DNA of 64,000 bases from an uncultured virus (IMG/VR IMGVR_UViG_3300025167_000005) (taxonomy: Duplodnaviria; Heunggongvirae; Uroviricota; Caudoviricetes), in IMG/VR virus record IMGVR_UViG_3300025167_000005. One strand, given 5' to 3'. Below the pieces are notes generated by a model. It was not told the origin of the DNA, made no database searches, and was given only the letters and a program-made list of their open reading frames with translations. How positions within the stretch are numbered: position 1 is the first letter of the stretch; each line of letters starts with the position of its first letter. This document shows, in pieces, positions 36,685 through 45,418 of the stretch. Both the position numbers and the translations under genes were made by a program.

Positions 36685-37568
36685 GCCTGCTCCGGGGGAG
36701 GAAGGGTCTTTACCCACTCCAGGGTTCTTCGCATGCCTTCTTCCAGAGAGACCTCTGGGGTCCATCCAATGGTTCGCAGTTTTTGCATGGACAGGTTCTT
36801 GACCCGGGTCCTATAGCCCGGAGGCTCCCGCAGTTCGATAAGATTCTTCGGTGCTCCAGCAAGTTCGCAGGCAGCTTTTGCGATTTCGAGGACAGTCATC
36901 AACTGGTCATCGCGGCCTACGTTCCAGATTCCGGTGCGGTTCGTCTCTGCCAGCATCCGGATGGCTCTGACCGTGTCGCCTATCCAGCATAAAGAGCGTT
37001 CAGAACCAAGGTGGACTGGCATCGGCTGGCGATGGAGTGCCTGCCAGAGGAAGTTGATGACAGCAGCCCGATGTCTCACGAGCCGTGGCGATGTCGTTGT
37101 CTCCTGGAGGGGACCGTAAGGCATGGATAGGCGCAGGATGAGGGGGTCCTTCGTGTACAGGAAGCAGGCTTGCTCGCCCCATAACTTGGTTAGGGCGTAA
37201 AGGTTGAGTGGTTTTCCAAGAGGACCATCCTCCGAGCAAGGAAGGCCCAGACGGTCCCCATAGACCTCAGACGTACTCGCGTAGACCAGCCGGATTCCAC
37301 GGTGGCCGCATTCTCGGGCTACAAGAGAGGTCATCCCTGCATTGCTCACAACCGCGGCGAAGGGGTTCTCTTCGCAATAGAGCACGCTGGCCTGGGCGGC
37401 GAGGTGGATTACTACGTCTGGATGCAAGGCGTCGAGCTGTGCCGTGAAGACTCTGGGAACGGTCAAGTCTCCGTCCTGCTTGTCCACTCCGACCACGTCA
37501 TGGTCCTTTAGCTCCCGGACCAACCAATGGCCTATGAATCCGCGTGCCCCGGTGACCAGGATTTTCAT
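36681..37568 (-). CDS. NAD-dependent epimerase/dehydratase (extended SDR)
   Basis: MKILVTGARGFIG, HLAA, STSEVYG, YALTK. Confidence 0.93.
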   Translation of the reverse strand: MKILVTGARGFIGHWLVRELKDHDVVGVDKQDGDLTVPRVFTAQLDALHPDVVIHLAAQASVLYCEENPFAAVVSNAGMTSLVARECGHRGIRLVYASTSEVYGDRLGLPCSEDGPLGKPLNLYALTKLWGEQACFLYTKDPLILRLSMPYGPLQETTTSPRLVRHRAAVINFLWQALHRQPMPVHLGSERSLCWIGDTVRAIRMLAETNRTGIWNVGRDDQLMTVLEIAKAACELAGAPKNLIELREPPGYRTRVKNLSMQKLRTIGWTPEVSLEEGMRRTLEWVKTLPPPEQA

Positions 37569-38050
37569 TGAACTCCCTGATAGGCTGGTAGGTCTCGGAT
37601 GTCTCCGCGTATCCTGGCGGGATTACCGAACGCGATGGCGAAGCTGGGAACGTCCTTGGTCACCACGGACCCGGCGCCGATAAGGGCATGCCTGCCGATG
37701 TGCACTCCCGGGAGCAGGGTGACATTGGCTCCAATTTTCACATCGTCTTCGATGGTGCAGCCCTGGGGAGCGAGATACTTTTCGTCCGTGGCTCGCGGGA
37801 AGGACACGTTGGTTATCACGCATCCAGGTCCTACGAAGACCCGGTCACCCACGGTAGTTCCTTTAGAGATGTGGACGTTGGAATGGAATCGGCAATAACG
37901 TCCTATCTTGCAGTCTCCCATAAGCTGGGCGTGGTCCCCGATGTGTGTGCCGGTTCCGATGACGGTGTTGGGCCGTATCAGGGAAAATGGACCGATGAAA
38001 ACATCGTGTCCGAATTCAACCGGATTCTGGACGATGACGTAAGGCCTCAG
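37565..38050 (-). CDS. Hexapeptide-repeat (left-handed beta-helix) sugar acetyltransferase; start uncertain
   Basis: IGTGTHIG, VFVGPG, IGANVTLLPGVHIG, GSVVTKDVP, GNPAR. Confidence 0.88.
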   Translation of the reverse strand: MRPYVIVQNPVEFGHDVFIGPFSLIRPNTVIGTGTHIGDHAQLMGDCKIGRYCRFHSNVHISKGTTVGDRVFVGPGCVITNVSFPRATDEKYLAPQGCTIEDDVKIGANVTLLPGVHIGRHALIGAGSVVTKDVPSFAIAFGNPARIRGDIRDLPAYQGVQ

Positions 38051-38772
38051 CTCACTTTCAGGACTCGTCTCAGGTTCCCCCCCATGAAATCCTTGTTGTG
38101 GTTCAGCTTGGCCAGCCGGATGCAATAGGCGTTCATCCGGGAGTCGGTGAACGGCAGGTCGGACCCGTACATCACCTTGTCATTTCCGTAGTGGTCCACC
38201 GCACGCGCCAGCAGGTCCGGATGCCTGGCTGTGGAACTTTCCACGTACACGTTCTTGGGCAGACCCCCAGAGAACAGTTGCATGGTCTCCAGGATACGGT
38301 CCACTGCGTTTCCTCCAAGGTGAGCCAGGATGAACGCGACCCGGGGATAGGAATCTGCAATCTCTCGCACAGAATCCGGCCAGCTTATCTGGGTCCTGCC
38401 GCAGTGGACGAGCAGGGGCCAGTCACGTTGGCTTGCCAGCTCCAGGTAGGGCGTCATCTGTTTGTCTCCGACGGACATCCTGCTGATGGATGGGTGGAAC
38501 TTCAGCCCGCGAATGGGTTTCTGGTCATCTTCGAGGAACTGAATGCTGACCGAGCCAGGATGGACCCAGGCGAAGAAGTACAGGTTCTTCTCTCCCCGGA
38601 GAAGGTCCAAGGTCTCTGCGTTTAATACGGTGGGATTTCCCCACAACGCAGGTGCGACCACGGCACCGCCGATTTTGTACTGGTATAGGGTCTGTTTCAG
38701 GTTCCGGAGGCCGAATGTCAATCCCCAGCGTGGCCAGGACCCAAGGTGGACGTGGGCGTCCAGGGCTGTCAT
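38047..38772 (-). CDS. Amidohydrolase-family metal-dependent hydrolase
   Basis: DAHVH, GLKFHP, VHCG, LAHLGG, YGSDLP. Confidence 0.9.
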   Translation of the reverse strand: MTALDAHVHLGSWPRWGLTFGLRNLKQTLYQYKIGGAVVAPALWGNPTVLNAETLDLLRGEKNLYFFAWVHPGSVSIQFLEDDQKPIRGLKFHPSISRMSVGDKQMTPYLELASQRDWPLLVHCGRTQISWPDSVREIADSYPRVAFILAHLGGNAVDRILETMQLFSGGLPKNVYVESSTARHPDLLARAVDHYGNDKVMYGSDLPFTDSRMNAYCIRLAKLNHNKDFMGGNLRRVLKVS

Positions 38773-39074
38773 GCGACCTCGGAAGGCTCTCCCTTCCTCT
38801 TGAGAGGTGGTTTGGCCAAGGTGAGAGGAACTGGGCCGTGGAGGTTTTTCGGGATGTCCTTGATGGTACAAAGGGTCTGGATGACGGGGAGGTATGTGGG
38901 CTGCCCGAGGTCATCCTTTCGCTCGTCGCAGCGCAGGACGCGGAGTACGTTGAGGGTGACCGTCATCCTGGACCCGTCGCTCAAGTCCAATTCTACTGTT
39001 CTTGATGACCCGCCGACGACGCTTAGCTCCTCGGTTTCGACGATGGTTCCATCCCTGAGCCTATACCGTGACAC
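38769..39074 (-). CDS. Hypothetical protein
   Basis: First gene of the minus-strand operon; ATGA overlap. Confidence 0.6.
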   Translation of the reverse strand: MSRYRLRDGTIVETEELSVVGGSSRTVELDLSDGSRMTVTLNVLRVLRCDERKDDLGQPTYLPVIQTLCTIKDIPKNLHGPVPLTLAKPPLKRKGEPSEVA

Positions 39075-39198
39075 GATGCATCCTTCAACTCTCTTTGGGA
39101 CCGGAGCTATTTGAACCTTCCGGCAGATTTAAGTATGTTGCGAGTACATTTCCAAGTTGACAAGCGGAGGGCCAAAGTGGGCATCTCGACAGGACAGC

Positions 39199-39233
39199 GA
39201 AGGTATATAAAGGGGGGACGCCATAGTAGGGGT
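39199..39233 (+). promoter_or_regulatory. Class-II promoter
   Basis: GGTATATAAAGGGGGGACGCCATAGTAGGGGT-ATG. Confidence 0.75.
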
Positions 39234-39848
39234 ATGACCGGACAGACGGACGGACAAGAGACGAATGAGCCTCCTTACGACAGCAAAGAGGGCGCCACGA
39301 CCGGAGGACCCGAGCGGTCCTGGCAGGTCGGCGATGAGGTTCGCATCTGGAGAAACCAGGGCTGGCGCTACGGAGTGGTTGTAGCGGTTCGTGGTGGCAA
39401 GTACCCGTACCGGGTGCGGTATTCGACACGTACCCGCGGAGACAAGGAGGTTTGGGCCTTCCGGACTGAGTTGTACGTCTACTCTACACAGCCTCGAACC
39501 GAGTTGGTATCTGCCGGGGACATTGCGGTGAAGATTGCCAGCGGTCAGTATCTGACCAGAGAAGAGTTTCTCGTGGCAAAGGCCGCCAGGTTCTATGACA
39601 GTCGTCTGACTTACGAGATTTTCACGGTTACCTTCTACGCCGGAGGGGGATACCTGTGTCCTCGCGTTGCCGAGACCAGGACCGAGACCGGTAAGGAGTT
39701 CTGTACCTGGGGTGTCCACGCGAGCGAGGTGGACCCGGCGAAGCTCACGCCCGAGCAGGTCACGTTCTTCCTGGACCGTGGATGGTCGAAGGAGCAGCTT
39801 GGTAGTGGAGACCAGTATCAAGTTCCTGCTGGGAAGGTGGTCCGGTGA
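39234..39848 (+). CDS. Hypothetical protein with SH3/Tudor-like N-domain
   Basis: WQVGDEVRI..W..GVVV..YRVRY. Confidence 0.75.
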   Translation: MTGQTDGQETNEPPYDSKEGATTGGPERSWQVGDEVRIWRNQGWRYGVVVAVRGGKYPYRVRYSTRTRGDKEVWAFRTELYVYSTQPRTELVSAGDIAVKIASGQYLTREEFLVAKAARFYDSRLTYEIFTVTFYAGGGYLCPRVAETRTETGKEFCTWGVHASEVDPAKLTPEQVTFFLDRGWSKEQLGSGDQYQVPAGKVVR

Positions 39849-40141
39849 CCTGTCCCAAGGATTGCAAGCCCGAGTTCCCGGACTGTGGCTGCCACTATAC
39901 CATTGACGACGATGGCATCCACTTCTGTTCGCTCCACCGGGCCGCGGCCGACCAGGTTCGCGTGAACAAGAACCTGAACGCGGAGCTGTTGAAGAAGGAC
40001 GCAGTCATAGTCAACCTCTCGGCCGAGGTCCTTCTTACCGCTTGCTCTGGAGAGCATCCCGGTCTTTGTCCAGGATTCCACGAGCAGACACTGTCTGGGC
40101 TCCGAGCGGTGACTGCTGCCTTCCGGAGGGCGAGCAAGTGA
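39845..40141 (+). CDS. Cys/His-rich hypothetical protein
   Basis: CGC..FCSLH; GTGA coupling. Confidence 0.65.
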   Translation: MTCPKDCKPEFPDCGCHYTIDDDGIHFCSLHRAAADQVRVNKNLNAELLKKDAVIVNLSAEVLLTACSGEHPGLCPGFHEQTLSGLRAVTAAFRRASK

Positions 40142-40332
40142 AGGTTGTCGTGACGCTGGCCCAGGGCGACCTCCCGCAGACTAAAGGATTGAATCCTGCC
40201 GCTCGGCTCTACGTCATCAAGGGGGCCATGGAAGATGTCGTCCGCAAGCGACTTGAGCTTCGGAAGGACGACTGGGTAGTTGTCAAGGTTCCCAATCTTC
40301 AAATATCTCCGGTTCCTGATGAGGACCGATGA
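40138..40332 (+). CDS. Small hypothetical protein
   Basis: Coupled on both sides. Confidence 0.55.
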   Translation: MKVVVTLAQGDLPQTKGLNPAARLYVIKGAMEDVVRKRLELRKDDWVVVKVPNLQISPVPDEDR

Positions 40333-40772
40333 CTACCCTCGGCAAGTGGGCCTGGCATGTACACCACGGTCAACTCGTTGAACGGCTGACCGAAGGCGGG
40401 CTAACCGCCCGCCGGAAGTACATCCAGGAGAACAAGCCCGAGAGCGAGATTGAGACCCGCTTGCGGTTGCTCAATCTGGTCAAGGACCAGAAGGCAATGA
40501 GTCGCATCTCGAAGGTCTACAACGAGACCATGGCTTCCGCCCGGGAAGTCTATGACGAGGCCGTGGCTCCCGCCTGGAAGGTCTACCGCGAGGCCGTGGC
40601 TCCCGCCTGGAAGGTCTACCGCGAGGCCGTGGCTCCAGCCTGGAAGGTTTACGACAAGGCCGTGGCTTCCGCCCGGAAGGCCCTTGGCGAGGCCGTGGAC
40701 CGGTTGCATAAGAAGGAGTGCAGGAACTGTCCGTGGAACGGGAAGACCATCTTTCCAGAAGAGAGGATGTAA
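40329..40772 (+). CDS. MTTLGK-family hendecad-repeat protein, copy 3
   Basis: Near-identical ends to 26346; EAVAPAWKVY(R/D) x3. Confidence 0.85.
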   Translation: MTTLGKWAWHVHHGQLVERLTEGGLTARRKYIQENKPESEIETRLRLLNLVKDQKAMSRISKVYNETMASAREVYDEAVAPAWKVYREAVAPAWKVYREAVAPAWKVYDKAVASARKALGEAVDRLHKKECRNCPWNGKTIFPEERM

Positions 40773-40774
40773 AG

Positions 40775-40963
40775 ATGCCCCGTTGCGTGTTCCACGACAA
40801 GTGGTGCAAATATGACGGGCCGCACGAAGGCATGTGTGTTCACTATGGGAAAGGCGGACGAGCAGTTCACTACTTCTCGAACGACAAGTACTCGGACGAA
40901 TACGCAGGCGGGCATCGGATTCGGCCGACTTTGGCTCCAGGAATCTACCGGGTCTTGCCATGA
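40775..40963 (+). CDS. Small Cys/His protein
   Basis: MPRCVFHDKWC..HEGMC. Confidence 0.5.
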   Translation: MPRCVFHDKWCKYDGPHEGMCVHYGKGGRAVHYFSNDKYSDEYAGGHRIRPTLAPGIYRVLP

Positions 40964-41199
40964 GGAACCTCGATGACTTCACTTCCAGGAACGGCATCCT
41001 GGCGCTTCCAGTCCAGGGCGCCAGCGTTGTATCCGTCTCTGTGATGGGGGGAAGCGCAACGCTTGTCGAGCTGCGTCCGGGAGGTCGTGTCATTGTGCTC
41101 GCTGCCTCAGGACGGCTAAAGAAGAAAGCCCTCCAAGCCTGGTTCGATGCCAAGGACACGTTCAAAGGGGACCTGCCCGGTTTGGAGGCCTTACCGTGA
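40960..41199 (+). CDS. Hypothetical protein
   Basis: ATGA and GTGA coupling. Confidence 0.55.
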   Translation: MRNLDDFTSRNGILALPVQGASVVSVSVMGGSATLVELRPGGRVIVLAASGRLKKKALQAWFDAKDTFKGDLPGLEALP

Positions 41200-41573
41200 G
41201 GGTCATCGTCGAGCTGATGCCAGAAGAGCTTCCGGTCCCACCGGGGCCGAAGGAGGGACCTGGCCTGTTCACCGGGAACAATCGTCCTGCGTGGGAAAGC
41301 GGCGTATGTCAGACCATGGCGCTCGAAATCCGGAAGCGATTGCAACTCCGAAGCAATGACATGGTCGAAGTCCGGCTCCTGCCGAGCGGTTCCTACGGAA
41401 AGTGTACCTATCACCACAACGTTGGTTCTGACCTTGTACTCATCGAGTTGACTTCAGATGGCGGAAAAACCTGGCAGCAACGGGGTCTTGTCTGTAGCGA
41501 ATGCCGGGAAGGTCTCCAGGGACACTTCCGATACGTGACCTGGTCTGAACCTTCAAATAGGTCTGGACGATAG
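41196..41573 (+). CDS. Hypothetical protein
   Basis: Operon context; CSEC. Confidence 0.6.
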   Translation: MRVIVELMPEELPVPPGPKEGPGLFTGNNRPAWESGVCQTMALEIRKRLQLRSNDMVEVRLLPSGSYGKCTYHHNVGSDLVLIELTSDGGKTWQQRGLVCSECREGLQGHFRYVTWSEPSNRSGR

Positions 41574-41576
41574 GAG

Positions 41577-41924
41577 ATGACGATGAAGGTTGAGAACGTC
41601 GTGATGGAGATGAGCAAAGAGGCCGACAAGTTTGAAGCGTACAACAAGCTCACCAGCCTGACGATAGAAGCCTCGGGGAGTAGGATGGAGGTCTCGGGGA
41701 GGTGGTCCGCATATCGAGAATTTCCTATTCGTGTCCGGCTTTTTTGCCAACGGTGGGACACAGAAAAACCGGTACGCGATGCCTTTCTTTATGATGCCTG
41801 GATAGTCGAAGTAACCTACCGGGGATTGACTTGGGAGGTTGCCAAATTCCATCCTGAAGACCTGGCGAAGGCCAAGGACTACTTCAGCAGGTTCATCACT
41901 GTCTACGGGCTGAAGGTGTCCTGA
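41577..41924 (+). CDS. Hypothetical protein
   Basis: AGGAG RBS-like site. Confidence 0.65.
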   Translation: MTMKVENVVMEMSKEADKFEAYNKLTSLTIEASGSRMEVSGRWSAYREFPIRVRLFCQRWDTEKPVRDAFLYDAWIVEVTYRGLTWEVAKFHPEDLAKAKDYFSRFITVYGLKVS

Positions 41925-42100
41925 TGCCTTCGTCGGAACTGCGACCTAACGAACGCTGGCTTGTTGTGACAGCCCATGTAGTCTATGATTTCGCCACGCT
42001 GTTTCGCACTGAGCGCGAAGCGCGGAAGGCGGCCAGGAACAATCCCGGGTCGGAAGTCTACATCGTTTCCGTACCGTCCCGAAGGAGGAAGGTACGATGA
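41924..42100 (+). CDS. Small hypothetical protein (58 aa)
   Basis: MPSSELRPNE...; TGATG and ATGA coupling. Confidence 0.5.
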   Translation: MPSSELRPNERWLVVTAHVVYDFATLFRTEREARKAARNNPGSEVYIVSVPSRRRKVR

Positions 42101-42405
42101 AGGCAATAAAAGAACGACCGGCCTGGGGAGTTGTCGCATGTGCCATCTTTGTCAACGTGGGCATGGTATTCACAATTTTCTTCGTCTCTGCTTTGCCGCC
42201 TCTGGTTCATTGCGAACTCAATTCCGTAGAAGGAAAGATTGTCGATGTTGAATATGTGGGGAGGTACGGGCAGACCACGGTCATCACTTTTGACGACGGG
42301 AGGGTCCAGCCGATGGGATATGCCGATGGACTCCGTCTCGGAGATGCCTATAGGTTCGAGTGGGGATGCAACGGAAACATGGTGACAGTCACGAGGCTGG
42401 GATGA
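42097..42405 (+). CDS. Membrane-anchored small protein
   Basis: N-terminal TM helix, OB-like beta domain by eye. Confidence 0.65.
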   Translation: MKAIKERPAWGVVACAIFVNVGMVFTIFFVSALPPLVHCELNSVEGKIVDVEYVGRYGQTTVITFDDGRVQPMGYADGLRLGDAYRFEWGCNGNMVTVTRLG

Positions 42406-42623
42406 CGATGAAGTATCCAGCCGTCATCGTTGTCGCCGAAGGTCAGCATACCCGGTTTGGCTATGAACAGCAGGCTCGCATCCTCGACCACGGTACGCAG
42501 CCCGTTCAGTGCGCCACGAAGCATCCGGCAGGGACCGAGGGTCAGGCCGAGTATCGGACCAGCGCGACCTGGGGACTCTGGTTTTTTGTTCCGAATGCCT
42601 CTGGAGGAGGGAGGGTCCGGTGA
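42402..42623 (+). CDS. Small hypothetical protein
   Basis: MTMKYPAVIVV...; coupled. Confidence 0.55.
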   Translation: MTMKYPAVIVVAEGQHTRFGYEQQARILDHGTQPVQCATKHPAGTEGQAEYRTSATWGLWFFVPNASGGGRVR

Positions 42624-42937
42624 CCGACACTACATTCTCGCATGGGCAACCAATCCTTTGTCCTGAATGCCCGTCGCAGCTACGAAACGGAAGACCCGTC
42701 GGACCCTGGCTCTATGTCGTCGAAACCAACTACAGCGGGTGTTCTGTGGACTATGGAAACTGTCCCGACTGCGGGAAGGGATTCTGCATCTCCTACAAGG
42801 TCGCTTCTATTAAGCGAGACTATGAATGGGACACTAAACCGCTTGAGGTGTTGGAGGCTGAAGAAGCCCAAGCGAAACTGGAAATAAAGCGGAAAGAGTA
42901 TGAGAAATTGAAGGCGAAGTTCGAGAGAAGTGCATGA
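42620..42937 (+). CDS. Zn-ribbon protein
   Basis: CPEC..CPDCGK, coiled-coil end. Confidence 0.65.
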   Translation: MTDTTFSHGQPILCPECPSQLRNGRPVGPWLYVVETNYSGCSVDYGNCPDCGKGFCISYKVASIKRDYEWDTKPLEVLEAEEAQAKLEIKRKEYEKLKAKFERSA

Positions 42938-43116
42938 CCATGTCGCTGGCAAGTTGTGTCGTTTGCGGAGGAAATGGTCGAGTCAGACGGGTACGAGGAA
43001 CGCTTCCCGTGACCAACGTCTACGAAATCTGCTCCAGGTGCAAGGGGTCCGGCAAAGTTGAAATTTCTCCACCCTCTTCCATCCCGCCACCGATTCCTGG
43101 CCTGGGACTGTTCTGA
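42934..43116 (+). CDS. Small DnaJ-type Zn finger (CxxCxGxG) protein
   Basis: CVVCGGNG..CSRCKGSG. Confidence 0.65.
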   Translation: MTMSLASCVVCGGNGRVRRVRGTLPVTNVYEICSRCKGSGKVEISPPSSIPPPIPGLGLF

Positions 43117-43376
43117 TGCACTACGCCATGCCGCCCGGGCCCGGGGCTATACAACATGAGTTGAAGCCGCCCGTGCTACAGCGTGGCTTGCCCTGGCTGA
43201 TGCAGCTCTTCATGTTCCTGGCTCGGTTGAATCTGCTTCTCCTTCTTATGGTGTTCCTGCTTGGAATCCCATTCGTCTCCCTTGTCCTCTTCTTCTCTTA
43301 CTTCATGGAAGGGACTCGGTTTGATGTCATTACCCGACCGGCCTATCTCCTCTTCGGTAGGATGGTGAGTTCATGA
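43116..43376 (+). CDS. Small membrane protein
   Basis: Long hydrophobic stretch. Confidence 0.55.
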   Translation: MHYAMPPGPGAIQHELKPPVLQRGLPWLMQLFMFLARLNLLLLLMVFLLGIPFVSLVLFFSYFMEGTRFDVITRPAYLLFGRMVSS

Positions 43377-43936
43377 CCCGGAACCTCGTCCTTGATGCAG
43401 CCTTTTTTGCCTTTCATGCCCATCGCGGGCAGTTCCGCAAGTGGGCCGCGTCGGCGGTCCCTTACGTGATGCACCCTTACCGTGTCGCCATGGAAGTCGC
43501 CAGCGGCCCGGAATGTTCCGACACCCTGGTCGCTGCGGCCTGGCTACACGATGTCCTGGAAGATGCACCTGAGCCGTTCCATGCTACCCTGATGGACTTC
43601 TTCCCGAAGAAGGTGACCGACCTGGTCGTCGAGCTGACGAACACGTCGAAGAAGAGCCATCCCGACCTGGTCCGGGCCGCTCGGAAGAAGATGGACCACG
43701 AACGGCTGGCCATGGTCAGCAATGAGGCCAAGCTCATCAAACTCTGCGACCGGTTGGACAACCTTAAGGATATGGCAGGCGCTCCAGACGATTTTGTCTT
43801 CCTTTACCTCACGGAGACCCGGGACCTGCTCCGGGTCATCGGGGGCGTCCATCCCTGGCTGGATAAGACCATCTTCCGACAACTCGGACGGCTCTACGCG
43901 GAGTGCAACCTCGACCGGTTTGAATCTACGACGTGA
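43373..43936 (+). CDS. HD-domain RelA/SpoT-type hydrolase (small alarmone hydrolase/Mesh1-like)
   Basis: AHRGQFRK, PYVMHP, AAWLHDVLED, IKLCDRLDNL. Confidence 0.9.
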   Translation: MTRNLVLDAAFFAFHAHRGQFRKWAASAVPYVMHPYRVAMEVASGPECSDTLVAAAWLHDVLEDAPEPFHATLMDFFPKKVTDLVVELTNTSKKSHPDLVRAARKKMDHERLAMVSNEAKLIKLCDRLDNLKDMAGAPDDFVFLYLTETRDLLRVIGGVHPWLDKTIFRQLGRLYAECNLDRFESTT

Positions 43937-43997
43937 GAGATTCTTCTGGTCCAGGCAGGCCATAAGCCATTGGTCGATGTTGTTGAACCCTTGCTAA

Positions 43998-44030
43998 AGG
44001 TTTATAAGGGACGAAGGCCATAGTAGAAGT
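43998..44030 (+). promoter_or_regulatory. Class-II promoter
   Basis: GGTTTATAAGGGACGAAGGCCATAGTAGAAGT-ATG. Confidence 0.7.
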
Positions 44031-44636
44031 ATGACCGGAAAGACTGACGCGACCAAGAAACAGATTGCTCAGAAAACCTTCGACGAGGCCGTGGCTTCCG
44101 CTCGGAAGGTCTACGACGAGGCCGTGGCTCCCGCCTGGAAGGTCTACAATGAGGCTCTGGCCTCCGCCTGGAAGGTCTACGACGAGGCCGTGGCTTCCGC
44201 CTACAAGGTCGAGGCTTCCGCCCGGAAAGCCCGCGAAGAGGCCGTGGCTTCCGCCCAGAAGGTCTACGGCGAGGCCGTGGCTCCCGCCTGGAAGGTCCTC
44301 GACGAGGCCGTGGCTCCCGCTCGGAAGGTCCTCGACGAGGCCATGGCTCCCGCTCGGAAGGTCTACGATGAGGCCGTGGCTCCCGCCTGGAAGGTCTATA
44401 ATGAGGCTCTGGCCTCCGCCTGGAAGGTCTACGACGAGGCCGTGGCTTCCGCCTACAAGGTCGAGGCTTCCGCCCGGAAAGCCCGCGAAGAGGCCATGGC
44501 TCCCGCTCGGAAGGTCTACGCCGAGGCCAAGGCTTCTGCCGAGGAGGCCTACCACGAGGCCGTGGCTCCCGTCCTGAAGGTCTACGACGAGGCCGTGGCT
44601 TCCGCCCGGAAGGTCTACGACGAGGCCGTGGCCTGA
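44031..44636 (+). CDS. Protein made almost entirely of 11-aa repeats
   Basis: About 17 (D/N)EAVA(P/S)A(W/R)KVY units. Confidence 0.85.
   Translation: MTGKTDATKKQIAQKTFDEAVASARKVYDEAVAPAWKVYNEALASAWKVYDEAVASAYKVEASARKAREEAVASAQKVYGEAVAPAWKVLDEAVAPARKVLDEAMAPARKVYDEAVAPAWKVYNEALASAWKVYDEAVASAYKVEASARKAREEAMAPARKVYAEAKASAEEAYHEAVAPVLKVYDEAVASARKVYDEAVA
44078..44633 (+). repeat. 33-bp tandem repeat array with a higher-order 144-bp duplication
   Basis: GACGAGGCCGTGGCTCCCGCCTGGAAGGTCTAC unit; a 48-codon block starts at 44100 and again at 44352. Confidence 0.9.
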
Positions 44637-44680
44637 GGCCGACCATCGGTTACCTGTTTGCCAAAACGCTCTGGCAGTTG

Positions 44681-45103
44681 TCAACCTGTGAGAAGTTCGA
44701 CCAGGAACTGCCAGGGGCTTTTCTGACCCAGACAGACCATGGGCCACTGGTCGATGTTGTCGAGTGCATGAGACGTGTACTCTCCGAACTCCCTGGTCAA
44801 TACGTGGTGCAGGGTTTCATGAGACAGGGCGACCACCATCTCGAACCGGTCTCTTTCCGCAAAGGACGGGAGGACAGCGATGCGAAAGGTCGTGCTGACG
44901 TAGTAGGCGAGGGCGTCAGGATGGCCTTTACCGATGGTCACGTCCGGGTCACGTCGGCGTTGCCACCAGGACGTTCGGGTGGCTCGGTCGGCTTTGGCGA
45001 AGCACTTGGGACAGAAAACCTGGAGGAAAGGTCCACTTGACAACTTAAGCAGAACGTGGCAGTTTCCCGGACCAGGGCGGTTGCATTTCTGACAAGGTTT
45101 CAT
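44681..45103 (-). CDS. Zn-finger plus HExxH protein
   Basis: CQKC..CPKC; LSHETLHHVL. Confidence 0.6.
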   Translation of the reverse strand: MKPCQKCNRPGPGNCHVLLKLSSGPFLQVFCPKCFAKADRATRTSWWQRRRDPDVTIGKGHPDALAYYVSTTFRIAVLPSFAERDRFEMVVALSHETLHHVLTREFGEYTSHALDNIDQWPMVCLGQKSPWQFLVELLTG

Positions 45104-45339
45104 TCGCGGATTCTGCATATCGCTTCCATCAGGACTCCGACTCCGAGCGCGAGGAGGCCTATCATTGCCAGCGAGGGCAGCAACGTGAGAACGCTCACTG
45201 CGCAGTGCCGGTTTCCGCCGCAGGTCAATTGGACACCGTCTTCAGTCATCGCCTCGACCATGCCCACGAGGAGGAAGAAGGCTGCCGCGGCCTGGATGGC
45301 CCGGGCTGCAATGACTGCTTTCCAGACGTAGACCTTCAC
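45100..45339 (-). CDS. Two-TM membrane protein
   Basis: Hydrophobic helices; TATA CTTTATAG upstream. Confidence 0.6.
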   Translation of the reverse strand: MKVYVWKAVIAARAIQAAAAFFLLVGMVEAMTEDGVQLTCGGNRHCAVSVLTLLPSLAMIGLLALGVGVLMEAICRIRE

Positions 45340-45384
45340 TGGTTCTCTCCAGGAGTCTTTTGCCTATAAAGGTTTCCAACAGCG

Positions 45385-45418
45385 AAGGTATATAAGGGAC
45401 CACAGCCATAGAGTAGCC
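45385..45418 (+). promoter_or_regulatory. Class-II promoter
   Basis: GGTATATAAGGGACCACAGCCATAGAGTAGCC-ATG. Confidence 0.7.

Noticed and set aside
44078..44633. CRISPR array suggested by 33-bp periodicity
   Set aside because: The units are contiguous with no unique spacers, stay in frame and encode an 11-aa repeat; no cas genes are present.
43926..44747. Antisense and alternate-frame ORFs over repeat genes (also near 11.5, 26.4, 40.5, 60 kb)
   Set aside because: Shadows of stop-free GC-rich repeats; no promoter or RBS support.
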